DNA from: Stylophora pistillata
Lineage: Eukaryota
Direction: 5' to 3'
Assembly (NCBI RefSeq): GCF_002571385.2
Contig: NW_019218438.1
Coordinates: forward strand, 51,800-115,799
Length of the DNA stretch: 64,000 nt
Below are positions 24,458-40,429 of the stretch, piece after piece. Below the pieces are notes generated by a model. It made no database searches and had not been told where the DNA came from. It was given only the letters and a program-made list of their open reading frames with translations. The first letter of the stretch is position 1. Every line of letters begins with the position of its first letter. Made by a program: the position numbers and the translations under genes.

Positions 24458-24658
24458 TAATGTATCTACCCTTCCCTACGCAGCAGTCTCTTGGAAGAAA
24501 TATATCTTCAGACTTAAATAATTGATAACATACGAGCGAGTACCTAACATTATGAAAATAAAAGTGTTAGATTCACAGCCTCGAGCGACTTCTTCGCGAA
24601 TCTATCTCGTGCAATTTTCTCGCGCGTCTTCCTCTCGTGAGTATCGTTGAAAGGCGCG

Positions 24659-24728
24659 CGCCTGACCGGACGCCTGACCGGACGCCTGACCGGACGTCTG
24701 ACCGGACGTCTGACCGGACGCCTGACCG
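24659..24728. repeat. 12-bp minisatellite (cgYctgaccgga), about 5.8 copies
   Basis: Directly visible tandem repeat. Confidence 0.9.
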
Positions 24729-25921
24729 TGCAATTTCACTGCTTGCATTGCAAGCTAAGTAGGATTTATACCAGTCTCATTTAAGTTGGCGACGGAATAA
24801 ATTACTCGATTCTAGACTGTGGTAATATTAAGAACTCAGTAGAAATACAACCCTTGAGTCCTGGTGAATATATGCATTTTAGATAATTCGATATACATTA
24901 AGCAGCCTTCTATTAAGTTATGAATACAATCATGTAGGAAGGAGATGGAAGACCCCCCTACAAAACTGTTGGCCGGCCTCATATGTCGCTTTTATTTGTC
25001 AGGTTGAACCCTTTCCACTGCCGCCATATATTAGGACGCCCCCACCCTCCCCCTTAATATTAGACCTATTTATTCTTTTTTTTTAAGCGGGAAATTTTCG
25101 TAATAAGAACACCTTTCATTTTATACAGGATCCAATCACGTAGAAGTTGATGGAACTTCCGGCATACCTTGTTCCCATTTCAGCGCGCGTTCAAAATTCG
25201 ATGTATTTGAGTTCTTTGCGGTTGTAGTTTTGTCCTCATACACCCCCCTCCCCCCCTTAAAAATATGACCGCAAAGGCAAAGAAATAAATGGTCAGTAAC
25301 CTTGAGTTTACGAGAGGCCGAAGTTTTCGATCCGTAATCTTTGCATGAAAAGGGACTTTTCATGGAACGTAACTGCTTAACAAAGCTATAATCTGGTATT
25401 TTGGGACTTACTCAAAGCCACATCTTCCAATATGATTTCTTGTGAATTCCCCAAGGAGAAATTTATCCTGAGAAAGCTACTCCTGTCAATAACTGCAAAA
25501 AGTTGTAGTAAAGAGTCCTCGAAGGCGGACATCTCAACTCTTTAACTGCTTTTTGGTAACATATTCACTGACTCAAACGTCAGTTTGTATTGAAATCATT
25601 AAACTTTGACTAGCCATGATAGCGTATACTCTAGTATCTTCCGAGTTTGTTGAAATAACTTCTGTTTGTTTTTCCTATTAGACTATCTGACTTGATTGTC
25701 GGCCTCGTTTCATAAAAGGTATAAATATAAATAAACTTACTTAGTTTGTTTGGAATACAATACCAGTTGATGATATAAACTTTTCGTGTGTGTTTCCTAT
25801 TTATGAGAAGTGATGAAAAACTCATTCAATTAAAATTTCTCCTTCGGTGTCAAACTCACAAGTAACTCAATTTAACCAAAAAGACTACGGGATACTTCAT
25901 TAAAATTAACTAAAAGTTTTC

Positions 25922-26020
25922 TTTTGAGTTAAGAGAGTATTTAAAAAAACTTGTACTTCGATAACTCCTTTTTTGAGTTAAGAGAGTATTTAAAAAAACT
26001 TGTACTTCGATAACTCCTTT
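25922..26020. repeat. Perfect tandem duplication of about 49 bp
   Basis: ttttgagttaagagagtatttaaaaaaacttgtacttcgataactccttt x2. Confidence 0.9.
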
Positions 26021-26323
26021 TTTCGCTGCGGGTGGCTCGATGCGACCTCCCGCCAAAAGCGCTAATCGCGCCACCTTTTCCCGCCAAAAATACTGATCAG
26101 ACAGGTAACGTTTTAGAAAAGAAACGCGTGGCAATAAAGGAAGGAAAAATCATAAACCTTTGAAATTTACAGTTGAGATATCTATTGCAATCCCAAGTTT
26201 TAGCCCTTCAGTAACACCCGTTGAGCTAGACCCGAATTAAAAATATAACATTATATCATTTCCTGACTATACAAATCATGTAATTTTTCGTATCCCTGTC
26301 TTCGTCCCTTAGACTGTTCCAGT

Positions 26324-26926
26324 TTAGCTAATATTACAAGGGCTATCCCGATGTGCAACTCCAACCCTAACCTTACTTCGTTCCAAACTCTTGAAAGCTC
26401 GTTTTAGATTGCTGTACTTTTGTTCTGTTACCTGTAGTTTCGTTTTCAATTCAACCATTTCTTTCATGGCACCACACAGCGACCCGCAATAACAAGTCTG
26501 TCCCGTAGCACTTCCATCTTCAAGTTGATCAGCATTCATTAGCATACTCTCTCGCTCCGCTTTGTAAATTGCGATATCTTGTTGAAGTTGTTGTATAACC
26601 TTTTCCAGATCGAGAACTCGCTTCTGAGAATTCTTGACTTCCTCATCAAGGGCGGCGCTGACGTTTCCATCGCTATTTCGACGGCACGAATCAAGGTCGT
26701 TTCTTAAACTGTTAATTTCATTGTCCCGTTGGGCTAACAGCTTTGTAGACTCGCATAACGCGGTTTCTAGTTGACTAATGGTTTCCCGTAAAAGTGTATC
26801 TGCTGCGGGAGTGTGCCCGCATTTCAAGTCAAACTCCTCGAAGTTTTTCTCGGAAGATTCAAGTCCCTCGCCAACTTCCCGTTCGCCAATCGCAAGCCGT
26901 CCTTCGATCTTTTTCTGCTCATTCAT
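26324..26926 (-). CDS. Coiled-coil protein ending in a CaaX motif (CNIS*), about 200 aa; paralog of 21276-22163
   Basis: First ATG at 26926 (the frame is open up to a TTG at 27028). Heptad-rich, shares two sequence blocks with the GRIP-like gene, and ends basic patch + CNIS-stop. Confidence 0.7.
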   Translation of the reverse strand: MNEQKKIEGRLAIGEREVGEGLESSEKNFEEFDLKCGHTPAADTLLRETISQLETALCESTKLLAQRDNEINSLRNDLDSCRRNSDGNVSAALDEEVKNSQKRVLDLEKVIQQLQQDIAIYKAERESMLMNADQLEDGSATGQTCYCGSLCGAMKEMVELKTKLQVTEQKYSNLKRAFKSLERSKVRVGVAHRDSPCNIS

Positions 26927-29556
26927 TTGTGATTGATCGTCCGCCTGTCTTGGGTCGTTTGATTTTAAATTCACCTTGACGTGTTTCTGAGCCCACAAAG
27001 AATTAAACACTAACGACCATCTTTTCAAACACCACTAGGATATTCCAGATTAAATTGCTTCAACAACACCACAACAATAGAGACGGAAAACAATTAAGTT
27101 TGTTTAAGAATAGAGGCACAAGTCCAGGGCATGAATAAATCACGTACTCACTGGAGCGTGACGTGCTTGCGAAGGTATGCTCTGTCGAGCAGAAATGCCC
27201 TCAGGCATTTTGAATTAATGGCCTTATTATTTCTTCCTTATCGTAATGTGTCAAATGCCATGACAATAAAGTTGTCCAAGAGGGGTGTACACGCCCACCA
27301 TGAAATGGAAGTAATAATGACTGCGACGGAAATATTAGGTTCTTCGCTTATCATTGGGATGAAGAAAAAATGTTATTGGTCATTTTACTGTGTAACTTGC
27401 ATGGTACTGCTCAATTCTTATTTTTTTAGCGTATCTCCATTTGATTTTCTTTTCCTGCAGTTTTCTTTTTTTCGCTCTGCGCGGAAATAGCGAGGCTTGC
27501 CCAGATTTGCGCGGCCAATCTATGTTGATCGCGATTAGTTACGCTCAAGTCAGTGAAGGCAAGACGTTTCACGCTTTTATTGTTATCATTCGTGAAACAA
27601 AAATTTGTTAGCAAGGATTCAGCGATGATAAGTGCGGGTTTTGAGCGATTTTTCTATAATCTTGTAGTCATACCACACACTGTGGCTTAATGATGGAAAG
27701 TAAATATTGTGTTTTAGTGTGCGCAGTTACTGTGAATTGCAGGTAGCTAGGTACACTGCCTTTTAAATCAAATCAACAAGAATTCGGAGTGACCGAGTCG
27801 TCTAAAAGCAACTGGAAAAGCACACAAATGTTGTTCACATTTCTCGACTGCACCTATTAATTTATAACCTTTTGAAAGTTGCAGTGCAATTTTTGGAAAA
27901 ATTACACTGACAATAAGAAATAACAGCAATAGGTAAAATATCCAATCTGGATCAGGAATAAAAGACTTGTTAATACTGGAAACTTAATCATACCCGCAGG
28001 TTTGAGTTAAAAATATTTGATTAACTGATGAGGTGCTCTTTTCTCAAATGTTGCCTTCTTATCGATGAAAATGTTAGTGTGCGCGCAGATTATAATACCA
28101 ACAGGCTCTGACCATTGCTACCTGTTTGCCCCTTTGAAAACTCAGCGAGAACAACTCATTGCCTCGTTTTCAGACCGAGTTTGTCCACAAACAATTTTAA
28201 ATCACTCTACGGGTCTAAGCAAAGAAAGCTATGTTAATTGCAAGCCCAGAAGACCTCTTCATGCTTGATTTGTCGTGTAACGCATTGTGAAGAAATGAGC
28301 TCAATTCAAAACACTCTTACTTTAAGTGAAAGTGATCATCCGTTGAATGCGTTCCGGATAAAATTTCATCCTCCAGAAATAAATCATCGCGAGAAATCAA
28401 CTGAAGTAAGCACTACTTTTCTGCGCGCAATATCGAGAGGGGTTATGGGAAATTATTTTCTCGTGCACAATGTTGCACATAATGCGAAATTCCGGGGATC
28501 CAGATACATAACAAATTAAAAGTTGCTCAGTTATATCAGGATTCACTGAGAACGTTTGAATATTTGCTCCTCCACCTTCTCTCCACCCCTCCCCTCAGGG
28601 ATCAATCTCTACAAGTTACCCTGGTAGGGGTGTTAAATAAACAATTACACAATACGTGCAATCGTTATGATGAAAGACCACTGAACCCGAGAACCATGGT
28701 TTTTACTGAGATAGAACATAACAAAATTGAACTCGTGAACCGTCTGATTTCATCACGCATACGAAGTTACGTTGGGTTGAAGTGTTCGTTTTATGCATCG
28801 CTGTTCTTGTAAGCTCGGGGGGAATTCTCTACTTCTGATGAAAACTTGAAAACAGTCAATCTCTTTGTGGTGTTAAAAAAGTAGCGAAAGCTTCGTTTTT
28901 TAATCAACTTACCCAAAAACATCGCTTTGCTTGTTTAGTCATCAACAAAGAATTAGATAAGTAACAATTTTAAATATCTTCTAAAGTGCTTTTTAATTTT
29001 CCAAATAAATAAATTTCAAACTTTATGTCGTGGTGTTCTAGAATAATTATGTTCATAAACAGTTATTATCTCACAGTTATTGGTTGCATGTGACTTCAAG
29101 GGTGGTCTTTGTCAAATTAGACTTCCTAACGAGATCAAACAACACGGCGTAAAATAATCAGCGGTTAACTGATCGAAACAAACTTTTTATCGTTCAGTTA
29201 CGCGCGCGCGTTACGTTTGGGTGATCCGCCATGGAATGAAAAGAAAAAAAAAAAAAAAAGAAAAGAAAGAAAGAAAAGAAAAAAAACAATTCTTAACCCA
29301 CAAAACATATCCGGTAATGTGAAAATTTTACATCAATCAATCCACATTGAGATACCTTGAACGATATAGAATCCTCGTCTCAAAGCCCTTGGACATCATA
29401 AGCAAAACCTCACCTCGCCCTCCCCATCCCCCAACCACCGCCCTCCAGTCCGCAGTCCTCAGTCAGTACTGGGAAGTACTGGGACGAGGTAAGCTGGAAG
29501 CGCGGCTGCCTGAAGTTTATTGATGAGAAACTTGTAACTGTGTTCTTTGTGAGATT

Positions 29557-33924
<4,368 letters not shown>

Positions 33925-34689
33925 AATGTCATGTATAATGTGTTCTTATACTTTTATTTCAAGATCTAGGCATGGTAAAAAATGTGGTCATTTTACTAAA
34001 ACAGAGTGCCTCTTCACATTGTCTAATCTGTGCGTTAGTCAGATTATGGAGTTAACTGGGTGTCCAGGGGGAACTAGCAGTGTTCATCAGTAGCAGTTGT
34101 AATTATGGAAGTATTCCAACTTTTTTATTTGTGTCTTTGATGACCAAATGGGTCACAAGAATCATGAGAGAACTGGAAACTAGTGACAAAGAGCAGTACA
34201 TCGGGGGGAAAGTTTATAAACAGAATAAAAACTGAAAACAAATTATGTATGTTTGATAAGTAATATACGGATGTTTCCTTCTTGTTGAGGGTAAAAAGGG
34301 AGTCAGATGCTATAAAAACCTCTTGGAATAATAAAAGAATCCCGAATTTTTTTAAGTGCAAGCAAGATGACCTTATCCCTTCCTAAACCTAATTCTGTAG
34401 TTCAAAATTATGAAGACAAACCATCACTATGTGCTCATCTTGTTTTTTTATTCGGGAAAAGATTCTATAGAATACCTTACAATAGAAAATTTCTAAGTTT
34501 TTGTTATGTATTCAATTTAGTTTTAAAACTAATTATAATTTGTTTCATAGATCATTTTGACCTTAAGAGATAAAATCATCTGCAGTTTAAGAAAATCAGA
34601 AAGAAAAATTGCTTGCGCAGTCATGAGGTACTGTTTCCCTCTGCTTCCTTTCTTACCAGGGTCACTGTTTGGTCAGGGCCTCCTTGAAC

Positions 34690-36631
34690 TTAATCCAGTT
34701 GTCCTTTTTCTCCTTTCTGACCTTGTTCACCCTTTGGTCCTACAGCTCCATCTGATCCAGGTATGCCTTTTATTCCAGGTGGCCCAGGGAGTCCATTTGT
34801 TCCACGTTCTCCTTTTGGTCCAGGCATTCCAGGATCGCCTTTAACACTGATACAAGGGCTACCCCTTGTGCATGCTCCATAGTCCCCTTTTGGTCCTGGA
34901 TCACCTTTTCGTCCCGGTAGCCCGGCTTCACCTTTTTGGCCTACAACTCCTGGGAGCCCTTCATTCCCCTTATAGCCACGGGGTCCAGTGGGACCTGGAG
35001 CACCTTTCACTCCTGCCTCACCTTTGCTGCCATCATATCCTGGGTACCCTTCACTCCCTTTGTCCCCTTTCTTACCGTGGGGTCCAGCAGTTCCAGGTTC
35101 TCCTTTTAATCCAGGCATTCCAGGGTCACCTTTGATCGCTCTGCACCTGGCCCCTCTAGTGCACACTCTGTTGTCTCCTTTTGTTCCAGTTTCACCTTTT
35201 TCTCCTTTCACCCCAGGGTATCCCTCATTACCTTTGGGGCCCTGTGGTCCTGCGATTCCAGGTTGGCCTTTTGGTCCTGGGTTTCCAGGTTCACCTTTGA
35301 ATCCTATGCACGCACCCCGTCTTGTACAAGCACCAGTATCACCCTTTGGTCCAAGTTCACCTTTTTGTCCTGGCAGCCCAGCATAACCTTTCTGACCTTT
35401 TAACCCATCGAGTCCTGGCTCACCTTTGATGCCAGGGAGTCCTGGAGGACCATGTTCTCCTTTTGGACCTGGTATTCCTGGGCCACCTTTGCACAAGGCC
35501 CTACCTCTGCATGTGCCACGTTCTCCCTTGTTTCCTTTCACTCCTTTTGGCCCTGGTAGGCCATTTAACCCATCGAATCCTGGGGATCCCCGAGCACCCT
35601 TCACACCAGGATAACCCATCTCTCCCTTTTCCCCAGCGTACCCTGTGCAGGAAAGAATTAAAAATCCCTTAAGTCTAGATGAAAATAATGAAAAGAAGTC
35701 AAAGTGAGAAAGAACCAACTGTTCTCAGCAGATAAGAAACGCAAACGGGTGAGACAGGAGTAATTATCTAATTTTACCCTCAGGCTTTGACTTTTTACCT
35801 TTCATAGCATTTAAAAAATGCTTATTACGTCTAAAACATGAATTTATAAATTAATTATGACATCACCAAACTTACCTTTTCTTCCTCTTCGTCCCCTGGG
35901 TCCAGCGTCACCTTTTGGACCGGTGGGACCTGGTACACATATTTTCTCTTGAGGTGAGCACAGCTGCGATGCTGTTAACGATTTTAGTTGTACTTTGATT
36001 TCCCTACGAATATCGTCCGAGGAAACAAGGTTAGGGTTGGGGGAATCTCGACGATTTCGTTGTTGTGAGGCAACAGCTGTTAAAATGTAAGTAAGAATTA
36101 TGAACGGATTAAAATTGAGTAACTCTTCAATTTTATTCTCGGGCTCCGACTTTTTACCTTTCATAACATTTGAAGAGGGGGGAGGGGGGAAGGGCTTATT
36201 GCGTGATACAGGATTAAGTGTTTTTAATTTCGTGACTAGTGAAAATACGAAATTGAAACCCTATAAACTGTGAATTTTTTGTTTTTCGCGATACTTGAAC
36301 CGTACGGTTGTATATCTGATTTATCGTGATACGTTATTTCTACTTTTTGATGTTCGTGAAACGCATGCAAGTTTTTCCGGATCGCTCCCTTCCACCTTTT
36401 AGAAAGCAAGAGATCGAACAAAGTTTTACCTTGACCATGACCGTTCTTGTCGACTTCACTCAAACGAGTGACAACAGCCTCCAGTTCAGTCACTCTTTCC
36501 CTCAATAACTCCAGGCAGACGGAAAACCCAACGCAGATCCCTAGAGCCACTATGAAAATAACTACTTTTTGTGGTAGTCTGGACGAGCGACGGCTTTCTC
36601 CTCCATCTTTAGCCTTGGAAACAGTTTCCAT
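34690..36631 (-). CDS. Type II transmembrane collagen-like protein, 451 aa
   Basis: Exons 36631-36430, 36076-35876, 35642-34690 (phase 1/1, GT-AG). Short N-terminal tail, TM helix VVIFIVALGICVGFSVCL, coiled coil, furin site RNRR, and about 330 aa of Gly-X-Y with four C-x5-C interruptions. Confidence 0.88.
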
Positions 36632-37441
36632 TTTTCCTGGAAAGCCAAAGCGACGTACGCCTGCTCGCCCAACTAACGGTGCAGAGCGTGTTTTATAGAG
36701 AACTGGGGATACCGAGTGGGCGATCGAGGAAGAAAACTGATTGGTCGCGACTGATTAATTGACTGACATGGTTCTAATCACACAGACATACTTCCGTTCT
36801 TGGGCGTTTTTCGTTATTATTTGCTTTTTACATAATTCCTTTGCATTATGCTCTGATGGATGAAATATCTAACGATCGCATCCGTGTGCCCGTTTCGGGG
36901 CATCAATTATGAAAGCTCCAAAGATGAATGCCAAATGCCTCTTTCCCCTCATCATTGACATGTCCTCTTATCGATTGTGTTACCCCAGAAACAATATCAC
37001 GGACACCAAAGCCGCAATTCTGCTCTGAAAACGGATACCTCCGTCACTGCCACAACAACACCTAAGCTTAGGTAGTGACCCAACCATAAGTCTATAAACG
37101 AATTATTCCAAAGTGTTTTAAGAGTTTTCTGGTTTTTTTTTTGTTTGTTTGTTGTGCTGTACAAAAGCCTTTACTCTAAAGAGACCGCGGAATGGATAGA
37201 AAAGAACAAAAAAGGAATTAGCACACCATGAGGAAACAAAAGCGGCGAAGTATGGAGAAGATTAGTTCGGACTGATAAGGAAAACAAACTATTACATTGG
37301 TAAATTGAGATAGAAAAATATGCAAGAAGCAATTTTAAGCCAAAAAAGGACTGAACTAGGGTGGGTAAGGACAGCAATGATTGAAAGGAATTCCAATTAA
37401 GATAACTACCCTAAAGAATCAAGGCTACATTTTCAGGATTA

Positions 37442-37611
37442 CAGTGGAACCTCGATTTAACGAAGTGCCAAGGGACTGGGGAAACTGGTTCGTTATATCG
37501 AGGTTCTGTGGCATACATTTTACTGTAACTTAAGCGGGGCTAAAACTGAAGTATCGTTCGTTAATCCGAGGACTTCGTTAAATAGAGGTTCGTTAAATCA
37601 AGGTTCCACTG
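37442..37611. mobile_element. Tc1/mariner (pogo-like) MITE
   Basis: TA flanks; TIR cagtggaacctcgatttaacgaa / ttcgttaaatcaaggttccactg. Confidence 0.8.
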
Positions 37612-38388
37612 TACATCAACGGGAATGGAATTTCTTTTTTTGCAGAAAAGCTAGTGGAACATTGGAGGACAGTTGAAGGGAATTTTGAAGTGGAAATGTT
37701 TGCACTCATGGTGGATCCTTATTGCTGGGGGCTCATTCTTGTATAAAGGAGGTGCGAGCGAGTTCCTCACTCAGAAAATTTTGAAACTTTAGATACACTT
37801 TTGCGTCATTTGGCGCATTATGATGCATTTCGGCCCCGCCGGAGCAGTCTGACGTCACTCTATTAAATTTTGAAGGGGTGGGCTAAGCGCCGGCTTTGAT
37901 ATGATATAGTCTTTTTATTGGATAGTCCAGTTTTTGATACGTGATCGTCTCAGACCATCTACCTAACCGTAATCATAACCTGGAGCGCCTTGCTGTTAAT
38001 TCTTTGATTCTAGTTCCGCCGAATGGGGAAGATATAACAACATCTAATTCTATAATTGGATTTTCATGTTTCGACATTATAAGTAACAAGTAAAAAATTT
38101 ATTGGTTTATTCCTTACAAACCTATTAAAAGGGATCGTTGAGTAATGTTACAGTAAAAGAGAAAAGTATACAACAAAAATAAACAAAACAAAACAATGAG
38201 ATTCCACATATTACTAATACAACCGTATGATATCGATGTCTGACATAGGAACAAATGTGCTAAAACATATTTCCCCTGTAACAGTCAACATTCTTTAGAA
38301 GATTTAGAGTTCCTGATCTGTCTCCCTCCACGCAGATAAGTTTCATGATGTTGTTGAAACATTAAGAGGAATTAGTTGAAGCAACCTC

Positions 38389-38573
38389 GCTGAGGCGGAA
38401 GGAACCAAGAATCGTGTATCACAAAGGGTTCTCTTGCTGTTAGAGCAAACGTGCTGAAGCGGAAGGCCCCAAGATTCACTAATGTTTCACAAAGGCTTCT
38501 ACTCGCTGTTGGAGCAAATGTTGCTGAAGCGGAAGGCACTAAGGGTCTTACACAATAGAAGACTCTCCTTGCT
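38389..38573. repeat. Degenerate 64-70 bp tandem repeat, 3 units, with conserved gctgaRgcggaagg
   Basis: Motif at 38389, 38453 and 38523. Confidence 0.75.
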
Positions 38574-39772
38574 ACCAACACGTCTACAGTTTTTTTTTTT
38601 TCTCTCACCTTTTCCAATAACCAAACAGCTACGTTTTTATATTCTCACGTGTTTTGTTTGATTTCTAACCTTGACCGTGTGATAATCTGGACGAAGCTTG
38701 AAATCAGACGTAGTCCCCGTGATCAGTAAACACTCAAAGATATGAACCTTGCGCTGATAAAAGGGCCAAAAGTTTCCAGCAAAACACTTAAAATTGTGAT
38801 AATTATAGAAATATGAAATACGAGAACGGATAACATCGTTACCGAAGGACGAGAGCGCACGAAACAAAGTGGCTGCGGTAAAATGATCCAATTCTGTGGG
38901 AATTGAAAAATGGGATTTCCGTGTCACGGCACTTTTAGTGCGATCTGTTCCGAGTGAGCGTCAACTGTGTTATAGAAACTGGATGACCAATTCATGGGAA
39001 ATCAGCCCTGGTGCATGCTTATGGAATTAACAGCCGGCAAACACTAATAAACAAAATGCTGGGACGGGAGATAAACCACGCCGGTGCCCTTTCACCCATC
39101 TACCCGCTTCCTTCATGATATCATCCTGCATTGAAACTGACTTGTTTGGAGGGAAAATTCTCACAGAGGAACAAATATCTTTACAACAATTCACTCGATG
39201 CCACAATCAGATTTGTTGTAAATTTTTGTGAAGGGAAATGCACAATGTTCCAAGATCCGCTCATCTATGAAATATCATGCAAAAACCCTGCCACAAAAGA
39301 CGTGTTTTGTCTAAGTTTCTGATAAGTTGCTTACCACTAAGTCCACTTAAGTCGACCTACAATGTTAAAGAAAAATTAATTTCATGAATGCTATTTAATC
39401 TGTTACTGTTTGCATTTGCACCATTTTAACTTCAAATGAATTTAGTCTTTTGCCCACAGATATTGTTTCCTATCATTCGTGTTAATTGCATCAATCTCCC
39501 ATGTCCTTTGGGATTTTCTTTCTTTCTGTTTGTGCCAATATTCTTAGCAGGGAAATTAACTTTAGGCTCGATTTCCACCGCATACGCGCTTACGCACTTC
39601 CTGTTTACTCGGGCTCATTTCCAAAACAGTTGTTGGTAATCGAGACTTAATAAACATTTCCCCGGGGCTAATTTACAGCTGTGACCGGCGATAACTTCTG
39701 GATTAGGATTAAATCACCCATTCGTTTGACCCCCGCGTTTCCAGTTGTGCAAGTGTCAACTAACTCTAATTG

Positions 39773-39871
39773 CAACCTTGTTCCCAGGTTCTCTCATCTT
39801 CCAGCCCCCTGAAGCGGGAGGGGCCAGGGGGGTAGAGGGGGGGGAGATGAGAGACCCTGGGAACGAGGCTG
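39773..39871. mobile_element. Short palindromic MITE
   Basis: caaccttgttcccaggttctctcatct / agatgagagaccctgggaacgaggctg. Confidence 0.7.
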
Positions 39872-40175
39872 AGGAACGGTGCAGATTTCACTTGAAGGAA
39901 CTTCATACTGCACTGGCTGGAATTTGTCATTAATTAGTGATGTATTGTTCAGTTACCCTCCATATTTGCACAAGTAAATGAGACAGGCTAATGAGTCTAT
40001 CTAAAAAGTAATAATGGAAAGAAAGTAAGCCATGAGAAAATGGAAGAAGGTGTTGAAAAAGAATCCCTTGTCTGGCGGAGTTACAGACTCATCGTGGGTT
40101 TGAACAGCGAATTTGACAGTATTAGAAGGAGTTCCCAGTCTTCCAATGTGAAACGCATAAAAAATCCTAGCCACG

Positions 40176-40429
40176 CAGGGGCGTAGCCAGGATTTTTCAA
40201 ATGGGGGGTCACAGAGGCTACTCACCATTTACACCGCTGCTCTCCCGCGTGTATCAGCGGGCTCAGTCGTATTATCGCGGCATGAAGGCCCATATCAATG
40301 GCTTTTACGGCCAAGATATTGTCATGGCGTTTTCGCCACCTGAATATTGTAGGTTGTTTGCTCTAAAAGAAGACCCACCAAGGGGGGGGGGGTTACGGGC
40401 ACCCTAGGACCCCCCTGGCTACGCCCTTG
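40176..40429. mobile_element. TIR MITE with duplicated target site ccacg
   Basis: caggggcgtagccagg / cctggctacgcccttg; ccacg at 40171-40175 and 40430-40434. Confidence 0.8.

Noticed and set aside
34557-35672. Plus-strand Pro/Gly-rich ORFs
   Set aside because: Antisense shadows of the collagen Gly-X-Y exon.
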